Shown here: positions 46,784 to 57,000 of the stretch, piece by piece
Layout of the letters: the number at the start of each line of letters is the position of its first letter
Numbering within the stretch: the first letter of the stretch is position 1
Origin: Candidatus Enterousia sp.
GTDB taxonomy: Bacteria; Pseudomonadota; Alphaproteobacteria; Rs-D84
Direction of reading: 5' to 3'
NCBI GenBank assembly: GCA_045648925.1
Contig: JAZROY010000001.1
Coordinates: 8,841 to 72,840 of the forward strand
DNA length: 64,000 nucleotides
Notes under the pieces: generated by a model
Told to the model about the DNA's origin: nothing
Seen by the model: the letters and a program-made list of their open reading frames with translations, nothing else
Databases searched by the model: none
Translations under genes and position numbers: made by a program

Positions 46784-47275
46784 ATGGAAAATAGTTTTTC
46801 TTTGTTGTCTTTGTTTAGTGGACGCGATTTGATGACACTTTCTGTGTCTTTGATTTTGGTTGCTGCCAGTATTATGTCTTGGGCGGTTATAATCGAAAAA
46901 ATTCGGATTTGGAATTTTCAAAAACATCATCCTGTTTCTGTAAAAAGTACAGATAATTTGGATACTGTTGTTGATAAATTAATTCGTCCGTTTGATAAGA
47001 ATTTGTGGTTTTTATCAATGGTGTCTTATGTTGCGCCTTTTGTAGGGTTGTTTGGAACTGTGTGGGGTGTTATGGATTCTTTCGCGGCAATTGGCGTTAA
47101 TCAGTCGGTCAGTATCGGTGTTATTGCGCCGGGGTTGGCGGTAGCGCTTGGAACGACTGCGTTGGGGTTGATTGCGGCTGTGCCTGCGGCGATTGCGTAT
47201 AATGTTTTTTCCAAAAAGTCAGACGATTTATATGATGCTTTGGATGACAAAGTCAAAGAATTAAAACATAAATAA
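46784..47275 (+). CDS. tolQ: TolQ/ExbB-family proton-channel protein (compact form)
   Basis: It carries the conserved C-terminal TM2-TM3 region (GLFGTVWGVMDSF...GLAVALGTTALGLIAAVPAAIAYNVF). At 163 aa it is shorter than typical TolQ. Confidence 0.75.
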   Translation: MENSFSLLSLFSGRDLMTLSVSLILVAASIMSWAVIIEKIRIWNFQKHHPVSVKSTDNLDTVVDKLIRPFDKNLWFLSMVSYVAPFVGLFGTVWGVMDSFAAIGVNQSVSIGVIAPGLAVALGTTALGLIAAVPAAIAYNVFSKKSDDLYDALDDKVKELKHK

Positions 47276-47291
47276 AAAACGGGAATTAAAA

Positions 47292-47696
47292 ATGTCCAGA
47301 AGACGTTCGAATGTTAATGATGCAAATATGTCGTTGACACCAATGATAGACATTATGACGACTTTGTTGGCGGTGTTTATGGTGACAACCCCATTGATGA
47401 CATCTGGTATTGATATAGAATTGCCACGCGCAGGAAGGTCTGCAATGACTGGCAACGATCATGCGATTCAAATAAGTGTGGATTCACATGGAAATTATTA
47501 TTTGTCAGATCAAAGGTTGCCACGTGATGAAATTGTAAAACGTGCGATTGCTATGCGTGGGGAAAATCCGAATTTGGCAATAACTTTAAGTGGTGATACC
47601 CATGCTGATTATGGTGCGGTTATGTCTATGATGGGTAAATTAAAAGATGTTGGTTTTCAACGTGTGGGATTAAGAACAAAACTTGATAACAAATAA
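47292..47696 (+). CDS. tolR: TolR/ExbD-family protein
   Basis: It has an N-terminal TM segment (MSLTPMIDIMTTLLAVFMV) and a periplasmic domain. It is 134 aa. Confidence 0.8.
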   Translation: MSRRRSNVNDANMSLTPMIDIMTTLLAVFMVTTPLMTSGIDIELPRAGRSAMTGNDHAIQISVDSHGNYYLSDQRLPRDEIVKRAIAMRGENPNLAITLSGDTHADYGAVMSMMGKLKDVGFQRVGLRTKLDNK

Positions 47697-48442
47697 TGAA
47701 AAAGAAAACGCAATTTCAAAGTGAAAACATTATGATGTCTGTTTTGGGACATATGGTTTTGCTTGCGATATTAATGATGTCTTTTACTGCTGTGGTTGAA
47801 CGGGCAAAACTGGTGGCACCGAATCGTATTGAAATTATAGAAATAGATTTAAAAAATGTTCGGGTTAGTGGTAACGAAACTAAACTTTATAATACATCTG
47901 TTCCCCAGAAAAATGATAATGAAAAAATAGATAAAAAGGCCGAAAGCAAAGAAAATATCCAAGATGAAAGAATTGACTTGAAACAACCAACTATTGTTGA
48001 AGATGAAAGTAAAAAGTCAAGTAAAGAAAAATCTCCAGAAACAGAAGAACAAAAAGAAGAAGATAAACCTGCCCCGCGCAAGAAAAAATTGGTTCGTGTT
48101 AATCGTGAGGTTTTATCTTTGGACAGGACGATGACGATATCTGTTATTGATGCGTTGCGTGTTGCGTTAACGCGTTGTTGGAATATTGATACAACGCGAC
48201 CGGGATTGGAAGATATTCGTCTTACTGCGCATATAAAGTTTTTGCCAACAGGTGTTGTCGATAGATTGTGGTTCGAATCTGAATCACTTGCCCAAACAGA
48301 CCCTGATTTTGCGTATGTTTTGGAAACAGCCAAAGAAGCAATCAAAACTTGTTCGCCTTTTTCAATGTTGCCGCGTAATGAATTTGATACATGGCAGGAT
48401 ACAACAGTTACGTTTTATCCAACATCTGGCAAGGTTATGTAA
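47696..48442 (+). CDS. tolA: TolA-like protein
   Basis: It has an N-terminal TM, a Lys/Glu-rich helical linker and a small C-terminal globular domain. It follows tolQ and tolR. Confidence 0.65.
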   Translation: MKKKTQFQSENIMMSVLGHMVLLAILMMSFTAVVERAKLVAPNRIEIIEIDLKNVRVSGNETKLYNTSVPQKNDNEKIDKKAESKENIQDERIDLKQPTIVEDESKKSSKEKSPETEEQKEEDKPAPRKKKLVRVNREVLSLDRTMTISVIDALRVALTRCWNIDTTRPGLEDIRLTAHIKFLPTGVVDRLWFESESLAQTDPDFAYVLETAKEAIKTCSPFSMLPRNEFDTWQDTTVTFYPTSGKVM

Positions 48443-48473
48443 AAAAAATCGCCGTGGTGGCGATTTTTTTATT
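48443..48473 (+). terminator. rho-independent terminator after tolA (atcgcc-gtggtg-gcgat followed by T7)
   Basis: The hairpin is followed by a T-run. Confidence 0.7.
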
Positions 48474-48826
48474 TAAGTAGGTGATCAATAAGCCGGATTC
48501 TGTTCAACCTTTTATGTACACACACTACATAAAATGGTTGCAAGCATAATTAATCTGCAAATTGCGTTACCGCAAAATGTCAAGCCCCCTACCCGATTCT
48601 TTAAAGCGGCTGGAACGTGCCATAGAATCCTGTTTGAGGTTGCTGCACATAGAGATTGCCCGTTTCACCGTAACTTAATACGCTCGTCTCTGCTGCTCTA
48701 ATCGTCGGGTCTCCCCGCGTGGTCATTAGCCACTATGTTGTTCCAAGCAGTCCGGACTTTCCTCTGAATTGTGTTCATACAGGAAAACCTGCGTCCAATT
48801 CAGCTATGCTTTTTCACACCCTTGAC
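48474..48826 (-). ncRNA. rnpB: RNase P RNA (bacterial type A)
   Basis: The minus strand contains GAGGAAAGTCCGGAC (P4 5' strand, complement of 48750-48766) and ACAGAATCCGGCTTA (P4 3' strand, complement of 48489-48503). Both are universally conserved RNase P RNA blocks. The region is GC-rich relative to its surroundings, and a TATAAT box lies upstream at about 48832-48837. The ends are approximate to within about 10 nt. Confidence 0.75.
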
Positions 48827-48831
48827 GAACC

Positions 48832-48862
48832 GTATTATAACAAGTTAAAAAATTTTTTCAAT
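48832..48862 (-). promoter_or_regulatory. putative sigma70-type promoter of rnpB (TTGAAA, 16 nt, TATAAT)
   Basis: On the minus strand the sequence reads ttgaaaaaattttttaacttgttataat, which sits immediately upstream of the inferred rnpB 5' end. Confidence 0.45.
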
Positions 48863-49082
48863 ATTTTTTATTGCTTTCGCCCATCTTTTTTGCATCTTGC
48901 AAAGTTTGTACAAGTATTTCGTGAGCAATTTGACGAATTTTGTTTGCAAGCGGTCGCACATTCATTGCCTCGGCAACTGCATTTCCAAATTGTTTAGATA
49001 TAGCATCGATTTGACTGGGGGCGATAACAAAGACATCGCTGGAAATATTCTGTGTATCAAGTGTCGTAATATTGTTTTTCAT
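48858..49082 (-). CDS. small hypothetical protein (74 aa)
   Basis: The ORF has protein-like composition (MKNNITTLDTQNISSDVFVIAPSQIDAISKQFGNAVAEAM...). It is divergent from the giant-repeat-protein operon. A weak RBS (GAGAG) lies upstream. Confidence 0.3.
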   Translation of the reverse strand: MKNNITTLDTQNISSDVFVIAPSQIDAISKQFGNAVAEAMNVRPLANKIRQIAHEILVQTLQDAKKMGESNKKY

Positions 49083-49228
49083 CTTGTGTTCTCTCGTTAT
49101 TTTTCATGTCAGTTGTATCATATCACAAAAAACATTCAAAAAAAATAAAAAACAACATTTTTTCATTTGACACAATTGCGACAATTTTTCTATAGTTTAA
49201 AAAGATAGGAGAAAAAGGATCGGTCTTA

Positions 49229-52200
49229 ATGGCTGTTTTTCGGGCTTTTTATCGTGGTTTTGGACGCATGTTATTTGTGTCGGTTTTGTGCTTTGCGTGT
49301 GGTTTTCTATCTGCTCGGGCGGAAGAATATACAATTGTATACCTTAATCAACACGGTGATGAGATTAGTGATTTAACACCGGATAGATATACAGAAGAAG
49401 AATTGCCGTTGGCAAAAGAAAACTTGCCGAATAGCGAAGCGGTAAGCATAGCAACAGGTTGCGAATTGGCAGACGAACTATGGTATTGGGATGATAAGAT
49501 GTCAGAACCTGTGGACCAAATAGAATCTGTCTCAGACGAAGGGACAACTTTGTACGGGAATTTGGATTGTGGTGAAAACCGAATCGTGGCTTTGAATTCA
49601 GCAGGTAAAGAAGGAATTGGTTCTGGTGGAACGAGGATACTCTATTATTATCGTAATTTGGGTGAATCTGGTGAATTCTTTTATAATGAGTATAACGGTA
49701 GTAAATCTGCGTCTGGTGTGGCGTCATCCATAGTGTTGCCGACATATGATGATGAAAGTTATACTTTCTTAGGGTATTATGCAGACCCAGACGATATGGA
49801 AACACAATGTATTAATGAACGGGGATACATAACAGAATACGGTATCCAGCAAATGGCAGAAGGTGGCGAAGGTGAAACATCATGGGATGCAGTGTATGAT
49901 CCCAAAATAATCCCTAAGAACATTATACAGTTACTACCAAATTATGGTTCTTCTTTTACTAGTCCAGGGACAGGTTATATATATGGAGTCCCGTCGACGT
50001 ATGGTGGCGGGATATACGATGCATATTCTGGGGGTAACCAAATATCGTCAATAACTATTCCAACATGGGGTGGACATAGTTTCTTAGGGTATTATTCTTC
50101 TAGTAGTGCGAATTCGACTCAATATATAGATTCCGTTGGTAATATTACGGCCGCAGGTATAGCAAAAGCGCAAGAAAATCCTGGGGGCTCGAATCAAACT
50201 TGGTATGGTCACTGGTCAGGAACATATAGTTTGCACTATGACTGTTCGACTAATTATAATGTTGTAGGTCAACAAGGGAACGGTACCGCACCGGCGGACG
50301 AACCTCATTCTGCTGGGCAACCTGTCACATTGCAACAAAATCAAGGGTGTTATCCTACGGATTCATATTATTCTTTTGGTGGTTGGAATTGTTTTAATCG
50401 GGTAGAAGTGATTCAAGCTGGTGGTTATTCTATAACGACTGATTACAGCAATGGCCCAATAAATAACGGATATAATTTGACAATGCCTTATAATGATGTG
50501 TGGTGTGAACCAATTTGGATACCTTCTAATGTGACGTTATCATATAATTGCGGATGGTTGCCAAATACTAACACGCCCGTTTCTGGACCTGCGCCGTCAT
50601 TGGTTTATGGTTCGGCGCCGTTGGGAGGAAATTTGGCATCAGCCGCCGCGGCACAGAATACTTGTATAATAGATACCAATACTTACAGTTTTGTTGGGTG
50701 GTATTGTCCGGGGGGGGCTTGGATATCGGAACCAGGCGGTGTATTCAGCATTACGGAAGATGCAACTTGTTATGCCGTGTGGGCAGAAAACAATCCGTGT
50801 GCCCCTGGGAGCGAGGCCAGCAACAGTCCAGAAATTTTGGGTGGCACAATTAGTGATTGGAATCAGATACAACAACTTTTTGTTTCATTAAATGATTTGT
50901 CTGGAATGTGTAGTGAAACTGTTGGTAGTTATCCCGGACAGATTGGAACACCTTCTTCCACATCTGGCGATTATTGTTGGTGTCAAGCAACTTCTTATAA
51001 TTCAACACCATTAAATAATTATCCATGGGTGTTTGTTCAGTATTACAATGGTTGTAACGTAGCAAATTGTCAATCTTGGTGTTTGTCCTCGATTAACCAA
51101 AAAGATCCTGATTATTTCTTTAATGTTTCTTTGTTAAGTAATCCGATATGTGAATATACATTGGATTATGATTGTGGAACTGTCGGTGGTACTGCTCCGT
51201 CATCTGTTTCAGGAATAATTCCAACAAATATCACACAAAACAGTCCGATGTCATTGGCGTCTACTGCGCCAAGTTGTAACAACGGCAACAACACTTTATC
51301 TGGTTGGACATGTTATGCTAGTTCAGATACAGGGCAAACAACACCTTTGACAAGTGCATCATATTCCTTAGATACCATGCCTTATGATAATGTAACTTGT
51401 TATGCGAATTGGGTTCCGCCCCAGGGATATACTGTGACGTATAATTGTGATAATGGTAATGCACAACAGAGTAGCATGCTTGGTGGAACTTATAACTATG
51501 GGGCTACTGTGACATTGTGGACACAAAATGGTAATTCTGTTGGTTCGTGTGATGTTCCGAGTAATAGAGTGTTTGTTGGCTGGAACTGCTATTTTGATAA
51601 TCCTGATGCTTATTCTCCACAAGCTACATATGATACTACTGGTTATTATCAGACGGTTCTTTATTTATCTGATTATACAGAATCTGGCACGAGCATATCT
51701 GTAGATAATGTGATTTGTACGGCGCAATGGGCTTGTGATACAACGAATGGTTATACGTGGGATAATCTAACGCAAAGTTGTGTTAATGAGTACAAAATTT
51801 ATTATAATCCTGGTCAACATGGAAATTATGGAACTGGCAGTTGGGGTTCCAATGGTTTTGGACCAGGGGCAAGCAATGGTGGTGGAACATTTGGTCAGTA
51901 TTGGTCAACGCAACTTTTGTCGGCAACGACCATAGTGCCGGATGATTCTTGTTATGAATTTTGTGGTTGGAGCACGGTATGGAATGACACTTGTGGTAGT
52001 GCGAATATTTTGACTGCTGGGGCACAACAACCAAACGTATGGGATCTTACAACTTATTTGAATCTGTATGCGGTTTGGCAATGTGCGAGCGGTTGTGTAG
52101 CAAGTGGTGATGCTTGTGTTTCTGCGCCGGCAACCTATATTGTCACCTATCATGGTGGAACTTGTTTGCCAAGTGCCTCAGATTATCAAAGTGATCCGAT

Positions 52201-52960
52201 AAATGCAGGCGACAGTTATATCGTGGAAAATCCGAATTGTACATATGCGAATTCACATTATTTTATACCAACCGATAACTGTTATGAATTTGTTGGGTGG
52301 AGCGAAGATAACCCTGCCACGCAAAATCCAACGATAGATTATAACAATTGTGATAATTGTACCACCCAAACGGGCAGTTGTGGAACAATCTTCAACGTAT
52401 CGTCTAACATAGACCTTTATGCGATATGTGATGTTATGGCGCACAATGTGATATATCATGATTGCGATAATACATATACTTATACTGATTCAAATGCTGT
52501 TTGGATTGGGCAAAGTTCGGATTATACACCGTTATCGCCATCTGTGGCGCCGTTAAGTTCGTCAGATTTGAAAATAGACCCATTATCCAGTTTCCAGGGC
52601 TGGGCAACATCAGAAACTGCTGGTGATGGTAAATCGTGGTGTGGATTAGAGTCGGGTGATTTATACCCGGAATTGTATGGTGGAAACGGTAAAGAAACTA
52701 AGTACAATTATTCTGTGAGCGCCGATAAATTGTGTCATGATATCGATTTGTATGCGGTGTGTTGTCCGTTGAATTTAAGTTGGATTTTAAACGGTGGACA
52801 ATGGCCAACAGACCCAAATAATCAAACAACTTTGCAAAACCAGACATCGTGTGAATATGGGGCGACTGCAGGACAATCTGGTTCGATTACACCATTGCAG
52901 ACCCCATTAAAGCCAGGATACACATTTAATGGATGGCTGGTAACAGGTTATACACCTTAA
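49229..52960 (+). CDS. giant secreted cysteine-containing repeat protein (1243 aa), Listeria-Bacteroides (Flg_new/InlB B-repeat-like) repeat family
   Basis: An N-terminal signal region is present. There are about 12 modules of 75-95 aa with the pattern Y-x-[VL]-x-Y-[DN]-C..G.....C....[FY].GW.C......(M/T)P...V.C[YT]A.W or LYAV(W/C). A C-terminal GYTFNGW motif is present. The protein is very rich in G, S, T, N and Y. Confidence 0.75.
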   Translation: MAVFRAFYRGFGRMLFVSVLCFACGFLSARAEEYTIVYLNQHGDEISDLTPDRYTEEELPLAKENLPNSEAVSIATGCELADELWYWDDKMSEPVDQIESVSDEGTTLYGNLDCGENRIVALNSAGKEGIGSGGTRILYYYRNLGESGEFFYNEYNGSKSASGVASSIVLPTYDDESYTFLGYYADPDDMETQCINERGYITEYGIQQMAEGGEGETSWDAVYDPKIIPKNIIQLLPNYGSSFTSPGTGYIYGVPSTYGGGIYDAYSGGNQISSITIPTWGGHSFLGYYSSSSANSTQYIDSVGNITAAGIAKAQENPGGSNQTWYGHWSGTYSLHYDCSTNYNVVGQQGNGTAPADEPHSAGQPVTLQQNQGCYPTDSYYSFGGWNCFNRVEVIQAGGYSITTDYSNGPINNGYNLTMPYNDVWCEPIWIPSNVTLSYNCGWLPNTNTPVSGPAPSLVYGSAPLGGNLASAAAAQNTCIIDTNTYSFVGWYCPGGAWISEPGGVFSITEDATCYAVWAENNPCAPGSEASNSPEILGGTISDWNQIQQLFVSLNDLSGMCSETVGSYPGQIGTPSSTSGDYCWCQATSYNSTPLNNYPWVFVQYYNGCNVANCQSWCLSSINQKDPDYFFNVSLLSNPICEYTLDYDCGTVGGTAPSSVSGIIPTNITQNSPMSLASTAPSCNNGNNTLSGWTCYASSDTGQTTPLTSASYSLDTMPYDNVTCYANWVPPQGYTVTYNCDNGNAQQSSMLGGTYNYGATVTLWTQNGNSVGSCDVPSNRVFVGWNCYFDNPDAYSPQATYDTTGYYQTVLYLSDYTESGTSISVDNVICTAQWACDTTNGYTWDNLTQSCVNEYKIYYNPGQHGNYGTGSWGSNGFGPGASNGGGTFGQYWSTQLLSATTIVPDDSCYEFCGWSTVWNDTCGSANILTAGAQQPNVWDLTTYLNLYAVWQCASGCVASGDACVSAPATYIVTYHGGTCLPSASDYQSDPINAGDSYIVENPNCTYANSHYFIPTDNCYEFVGWSEDNPATQNPTIDYNNCDNCTTQTGSCGTIFNVSSNIDLYAICDVMAHNVIYHDCDNTYTYTDSNAVWIGQSSDYTPLSPSVAPLSSSDLKIDPLSSFQGWATSETAGDGKSWCGLESGDLYPELYGGNGKETKYNYSVSADKLCHDIDLYAVCCPLNLSWILNGGQWPTDPNNQTTLQNQTSCEYGATAGQSGSITPLQTPLKPGYTFNGWLVTGYTP

Positions 52961-53007
52961 AACAGGTCGAAAACGAGATTAAAAAATAATAAAAAAGGAC
53001 GGGAAAG

Positions 53008-53985
53008 ATGAAAAACAAAATATTTTTAACCAGCATGTTCGCAGTGATGCTCGCCTTCCCTGCGTATGCAAGTTATTTTGCAGATCCGACAGGTCAATCC
53101 ACTAATTATTCTGGACAAATTGCTGCGGGCAGCACACAAGAAGATTGTGATTCTGACCCTTTGCAGTATCAGGTCCCACAAGGGCAAGGTGAAAGTTACG
53201 GAACATATACCCTTACCGCACAATGGACACCAAATCAATATACTGTAACTTATGATTGTAATGGTGGGACAGTTAATTCGTCTTTGGTTGATAGTGTTGA
53301 TTCCAATGGATACGGTATCGATAATGTCATCTATAATACAACGTCATATACGTTTCAACATCAATTGGATTTGTGTACCTATGCCAACCAAACACCTAGT
53401 GAGTTTACGTGTACTCACAATGCGGATGGTACACCTTGGTTTGTTGCGCAAACATGGGATATTCCTGATGATGTAACTTGTACAGCGCATTGGAGTGAGA
53501 CACCATATACGATAACTTATGATTGCGGTTCGTTGCCAAATAATGGTGGGGTTGTAAATGGCGGAACATTTGAAAATAGTACCAATAATGTTGATACAGT
53601 TTATAATGGACAGAATTATTCAGTAAAATCTGATGCTTCAGGTTGTGGAACAGGTAATCAATTGGCAGGATATCATTTTGCTGGGTGGTCTTGTACACCA
53701 AATCTTGCAACAGGTTCTGGGTCACAAATATATTCTGTTGATTGGCCAACATCAACTGTTGTTTCTCAGACAATAGCATCTCTTGGAATTTCTGCCGACG
53801 CTACCTGTGATGCTTTGTGGCAAGAAAACGGTGTGAATTTAAGATATTTGGAAAATGCTGGTGATGTCACACCATATCATACTGATTCTTGCCAATATGG
53901 TAATGATACATTCACTTTACCAGCAGAACCATCCAAAACAGGTTATACATTTACTGGTTGGAAGGTGACAGATTGGGACGAATAA
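53008..53985 (+). CDS. secreted repeat protein (325 aa) of the same Cys-containing Listeria-Bacteroides-like repeat family
   Basis: It has a signal peptide (MKNKIFLTSMFAVMLAFPAYA) and the repeats YTVTYDCNGG ... CTAHW and YTITYDCGSLPNNGG ... CDALW. It ends GYTFTGWKVTDWDE. Confidence 0.75.
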   Translation: MKNKIFLTSMFAVMLAFPAYASYFADPTGQSTNYSGQIAAGSTQEDCDSDPLQYQVPQGQGESYGTYTLTAQWTPNQYTVTYDCNGGTVNSSLVDSVDSNGYGIDNVIYNTTSYTFQHQLDLCTYANQTPSEFTCTHNADGTPWFVAQTWDIPDDVTCTAHWSETPYTITYDCGSLPNNGGVVNGGTFENSTNNVDTVYNGQNYSVKSDASGCGTGNQLAGYHFAGWSCTPNLATGSGSQIYSVDWPTSTVVSQTIASLGISADATCDALWQENGVNLRYLENAGDVTPYHTDSCQYGNDTFTLPAEPSKTGYTFTGWKVTDWDE

Positions 53986-54060
53986 TAATGAAGCAATTAA
54001 GTTAAAAAAAGGACTTGTGTTAAAAAAATAAAAAGTGCTAAGGTAATATAGGAAAGGGAA

Positions 54061-57000
54061 ATGTTTAGATTTTTACTGAGATTTTTTGCAGTATTTATCA
54101 CCTGCTCTGCTTTTGTGGGGCTGGCTTCCCGTCCTGTGTTGGCAGATATCGGGACTACTACATGTGATGATAATAATGGTACATGCGGAACTATCGGACT
54201 CGATTCGTCTGCTTCGTGTAATAATCCACCTTTGCTTTGGCATAGTAGTTCAAACAATTATGGAACATATACCCTTACCGCCCAGTATGAAAGAACACCT
54301 TTCCATGCTTATTATAAAAACGGTTCCTGTTATGCCGGGTCTGATTTCACTTATTATCAAGATCCAACTGTCGCGTATTACCAAGATTCTTATACTATTT
54401 TAGGTTTAGATGATATCTCGACTATTTCTTTACCTTCTGGTGGTAATTACGCGTTTGACGGATGGACAACCTGTTGGGCGCCTTGTGATGATCTCAGTAA
54501 TCTCAGCGATTGTTCGCAAACCCCTGTTTTGCCTGGCTCTTTTAATTGGTCAAAAGATAAATGTTTGGTTTTGACTGGTAATTGTACGATTCGTCAATGT
54601 GAAAACGGACAATGGTTTGATAGTGCTACTGGTGAATGCAAATCTTGTCCTGATGGATATAATTATTCTGACAGTGGTGCAACCAGCATGGCGCAGTGTT
54701 ATAAGATTAAAGAGGTTCCTTGTCAACCACAAGAACAAGCATTGTCAGAATATTGTACAGAACCTGCATCTTGGGAAGAATCTTGTACTTGCGACGACAG
54801 TGTAAGTTATCGTATATATTCTAATGCAGAAGGTACCGGCGAAGGGCAATACACAGATGCGAACGGGGATGCCTTACCGTCAAATACCCCGCCAGCTGCA
54901 CCAATATGCACATTAGGTGTAACATTTGCAACTGGTGTATCAGGGTATGTTTTCAATCAACAAACTGGCGAATGTGATCCGATTGGATACAAATTAGAAT
55001 ATAATTGCGGTAAAAAACCCGATTCGAACGATGATGTTGGCGGAAATCCACCGGCAGCAACAACTGGTATTCAAATTGGCGGCAGTGCTACTGTAAAGGA
55101 TTATACCGATGGACAATGTCAATCGACCGGGCTTACGTTCCAACGTTGGAGTTGCGTATGGAAAGAACACGAATCGCCATATTCGGTGGTTGGTAATCCT
55201 GAAAATCATACTGCAGGTGATACGATAACACCTTGGTCAGCTTATGATATGGAATGCACTGCTGTGTGGGAGAATAGCATACTTGATTGTCCAGATGCGT
55301 ATCCAGAGCACGATGAAGAAGTAACAAGTTATACCCAGTGTTACAGAATTACCACTACAAGCAGTTGTGATAAACAAGGTAATACAACTGCGATACAGAA
55401 TCATTGTATTTATAATATGGATTGTTCATGTGATCCTGTGACGTATCGTGTTTATTCTAATGAAAGTGGTAATGCAGACGGTTTAATTAAGAACGAGGAT
55501 GGTTCTCAGGTTCTTTCGAATATACCTGCCCCATCTTGTCAAAGACAGATTGTTGGAAATCCGACAGGTGCTGAAGACGGATATGCATATAATCAACAGA
55601 CAAACACATGTGAGGCATTGCCGACATATCCAGTTGTTTATGATTGTAATAATAATGGATTGGGAATAGATGGTAATGGAACGAATCCATCTGATTCGAA
55701 CAGTCCTTATGCTGCGGGTAATGCTGTGAATGTGTTGGCGTACCCTGCTGGGTGTCAGGCACCAACAGAACGTGTCGCGGATGCTACACTTGGCTGGGAA
55801 TGTGTTGCCCAAGATGGAACCCTGGTGTATTCTGGTTCGGGCAACGCTGACTTTAATATGCCTTCTCAACCTGTGACTTGTACTGCCCAATGGAAAAGCA
55901 CCGCATGGTCAATAACATATATGGGATGTAATTGTGATACATCTAGTTATAGCGATTTATTTTACAATAAATGTACGCAAGATTTAACCAGCAGAGTTAG
56001 AAGTGGTGAATATGAGACAAATGATTCTAGTACATATTATAGAACGTTTACTGCTACCAGACCTGTTACATTCCCTACTGTTGCAGGCAATACAAATTAC
56101 GGAGAAATTAATGTCGCAAGTACTGCTTTTTCAGGTAGATGGTTCTATTTTAATTTTAGAAACGGTGTCCCTGTTGGTACAACAACCTCTGCTGGGACAA
56201 ATTCATCAGGGGAAGATAAAGATTTAATAATATACACATGTCTTGGGGATTCTTATCAGGTGACATATAATTGTATAAAAGGAAATGGTGGAACACAGGT
56301 AAAAGGTCCTTATCAGAAACAATCTGTGTCGACACTGGGCCGTGCTGCCTGTCCATATGAACCTGGTTGGACATTCACATGGAATTGTGGTGGTTCGTAT
56401 ACTAGTGTTACCCCAGGTGGTTCGATTTATGTGGACAGTGATAAAGTATGTAATGCCGAATGGACTTGTGATACTGCAAACGGTTATGTGTTGGAAAATG
56501 GGCAATGTGTGAAGAAATACAATTTGAAATTTAATTGTAATAACAGTAAAGATTCTGTAAGAACGGAACGGTTATTAAGTGGTGCAACTTTTGATACTAG
56601 TTCGGTTCAATGTCAAACGAAAAATTGTTCTGAAACTGGTTATACTTGGAGTTGTAACCCATCAAGTGCGCTTAGTGGTAATACCGTGACAATGCCTGTG
56701 GCTGATGTGACATGTACCGCGCAATGGACACCGATAAAATATACCGTCACTTATAACAGTGGTTCTTGCGGTAGTGCGGGTCATACCAATGAAACCCTTT
56801 ATACTCACAGTGATGGTGCAACATGTGGTGTGGGGTATTCTGTACCATCGAATGCCACCAGTGCAATGAATAATGTGCTTCAATCTGGTTATACCTTTGT
56901 TGGGTGGAATACAAATTCTGGTCAAACAACATCAAATTGGTCTGGTGGAAACATTACTGGGGATATTACTGTTTATGCGGCATGTAAATCGATAGAATAC

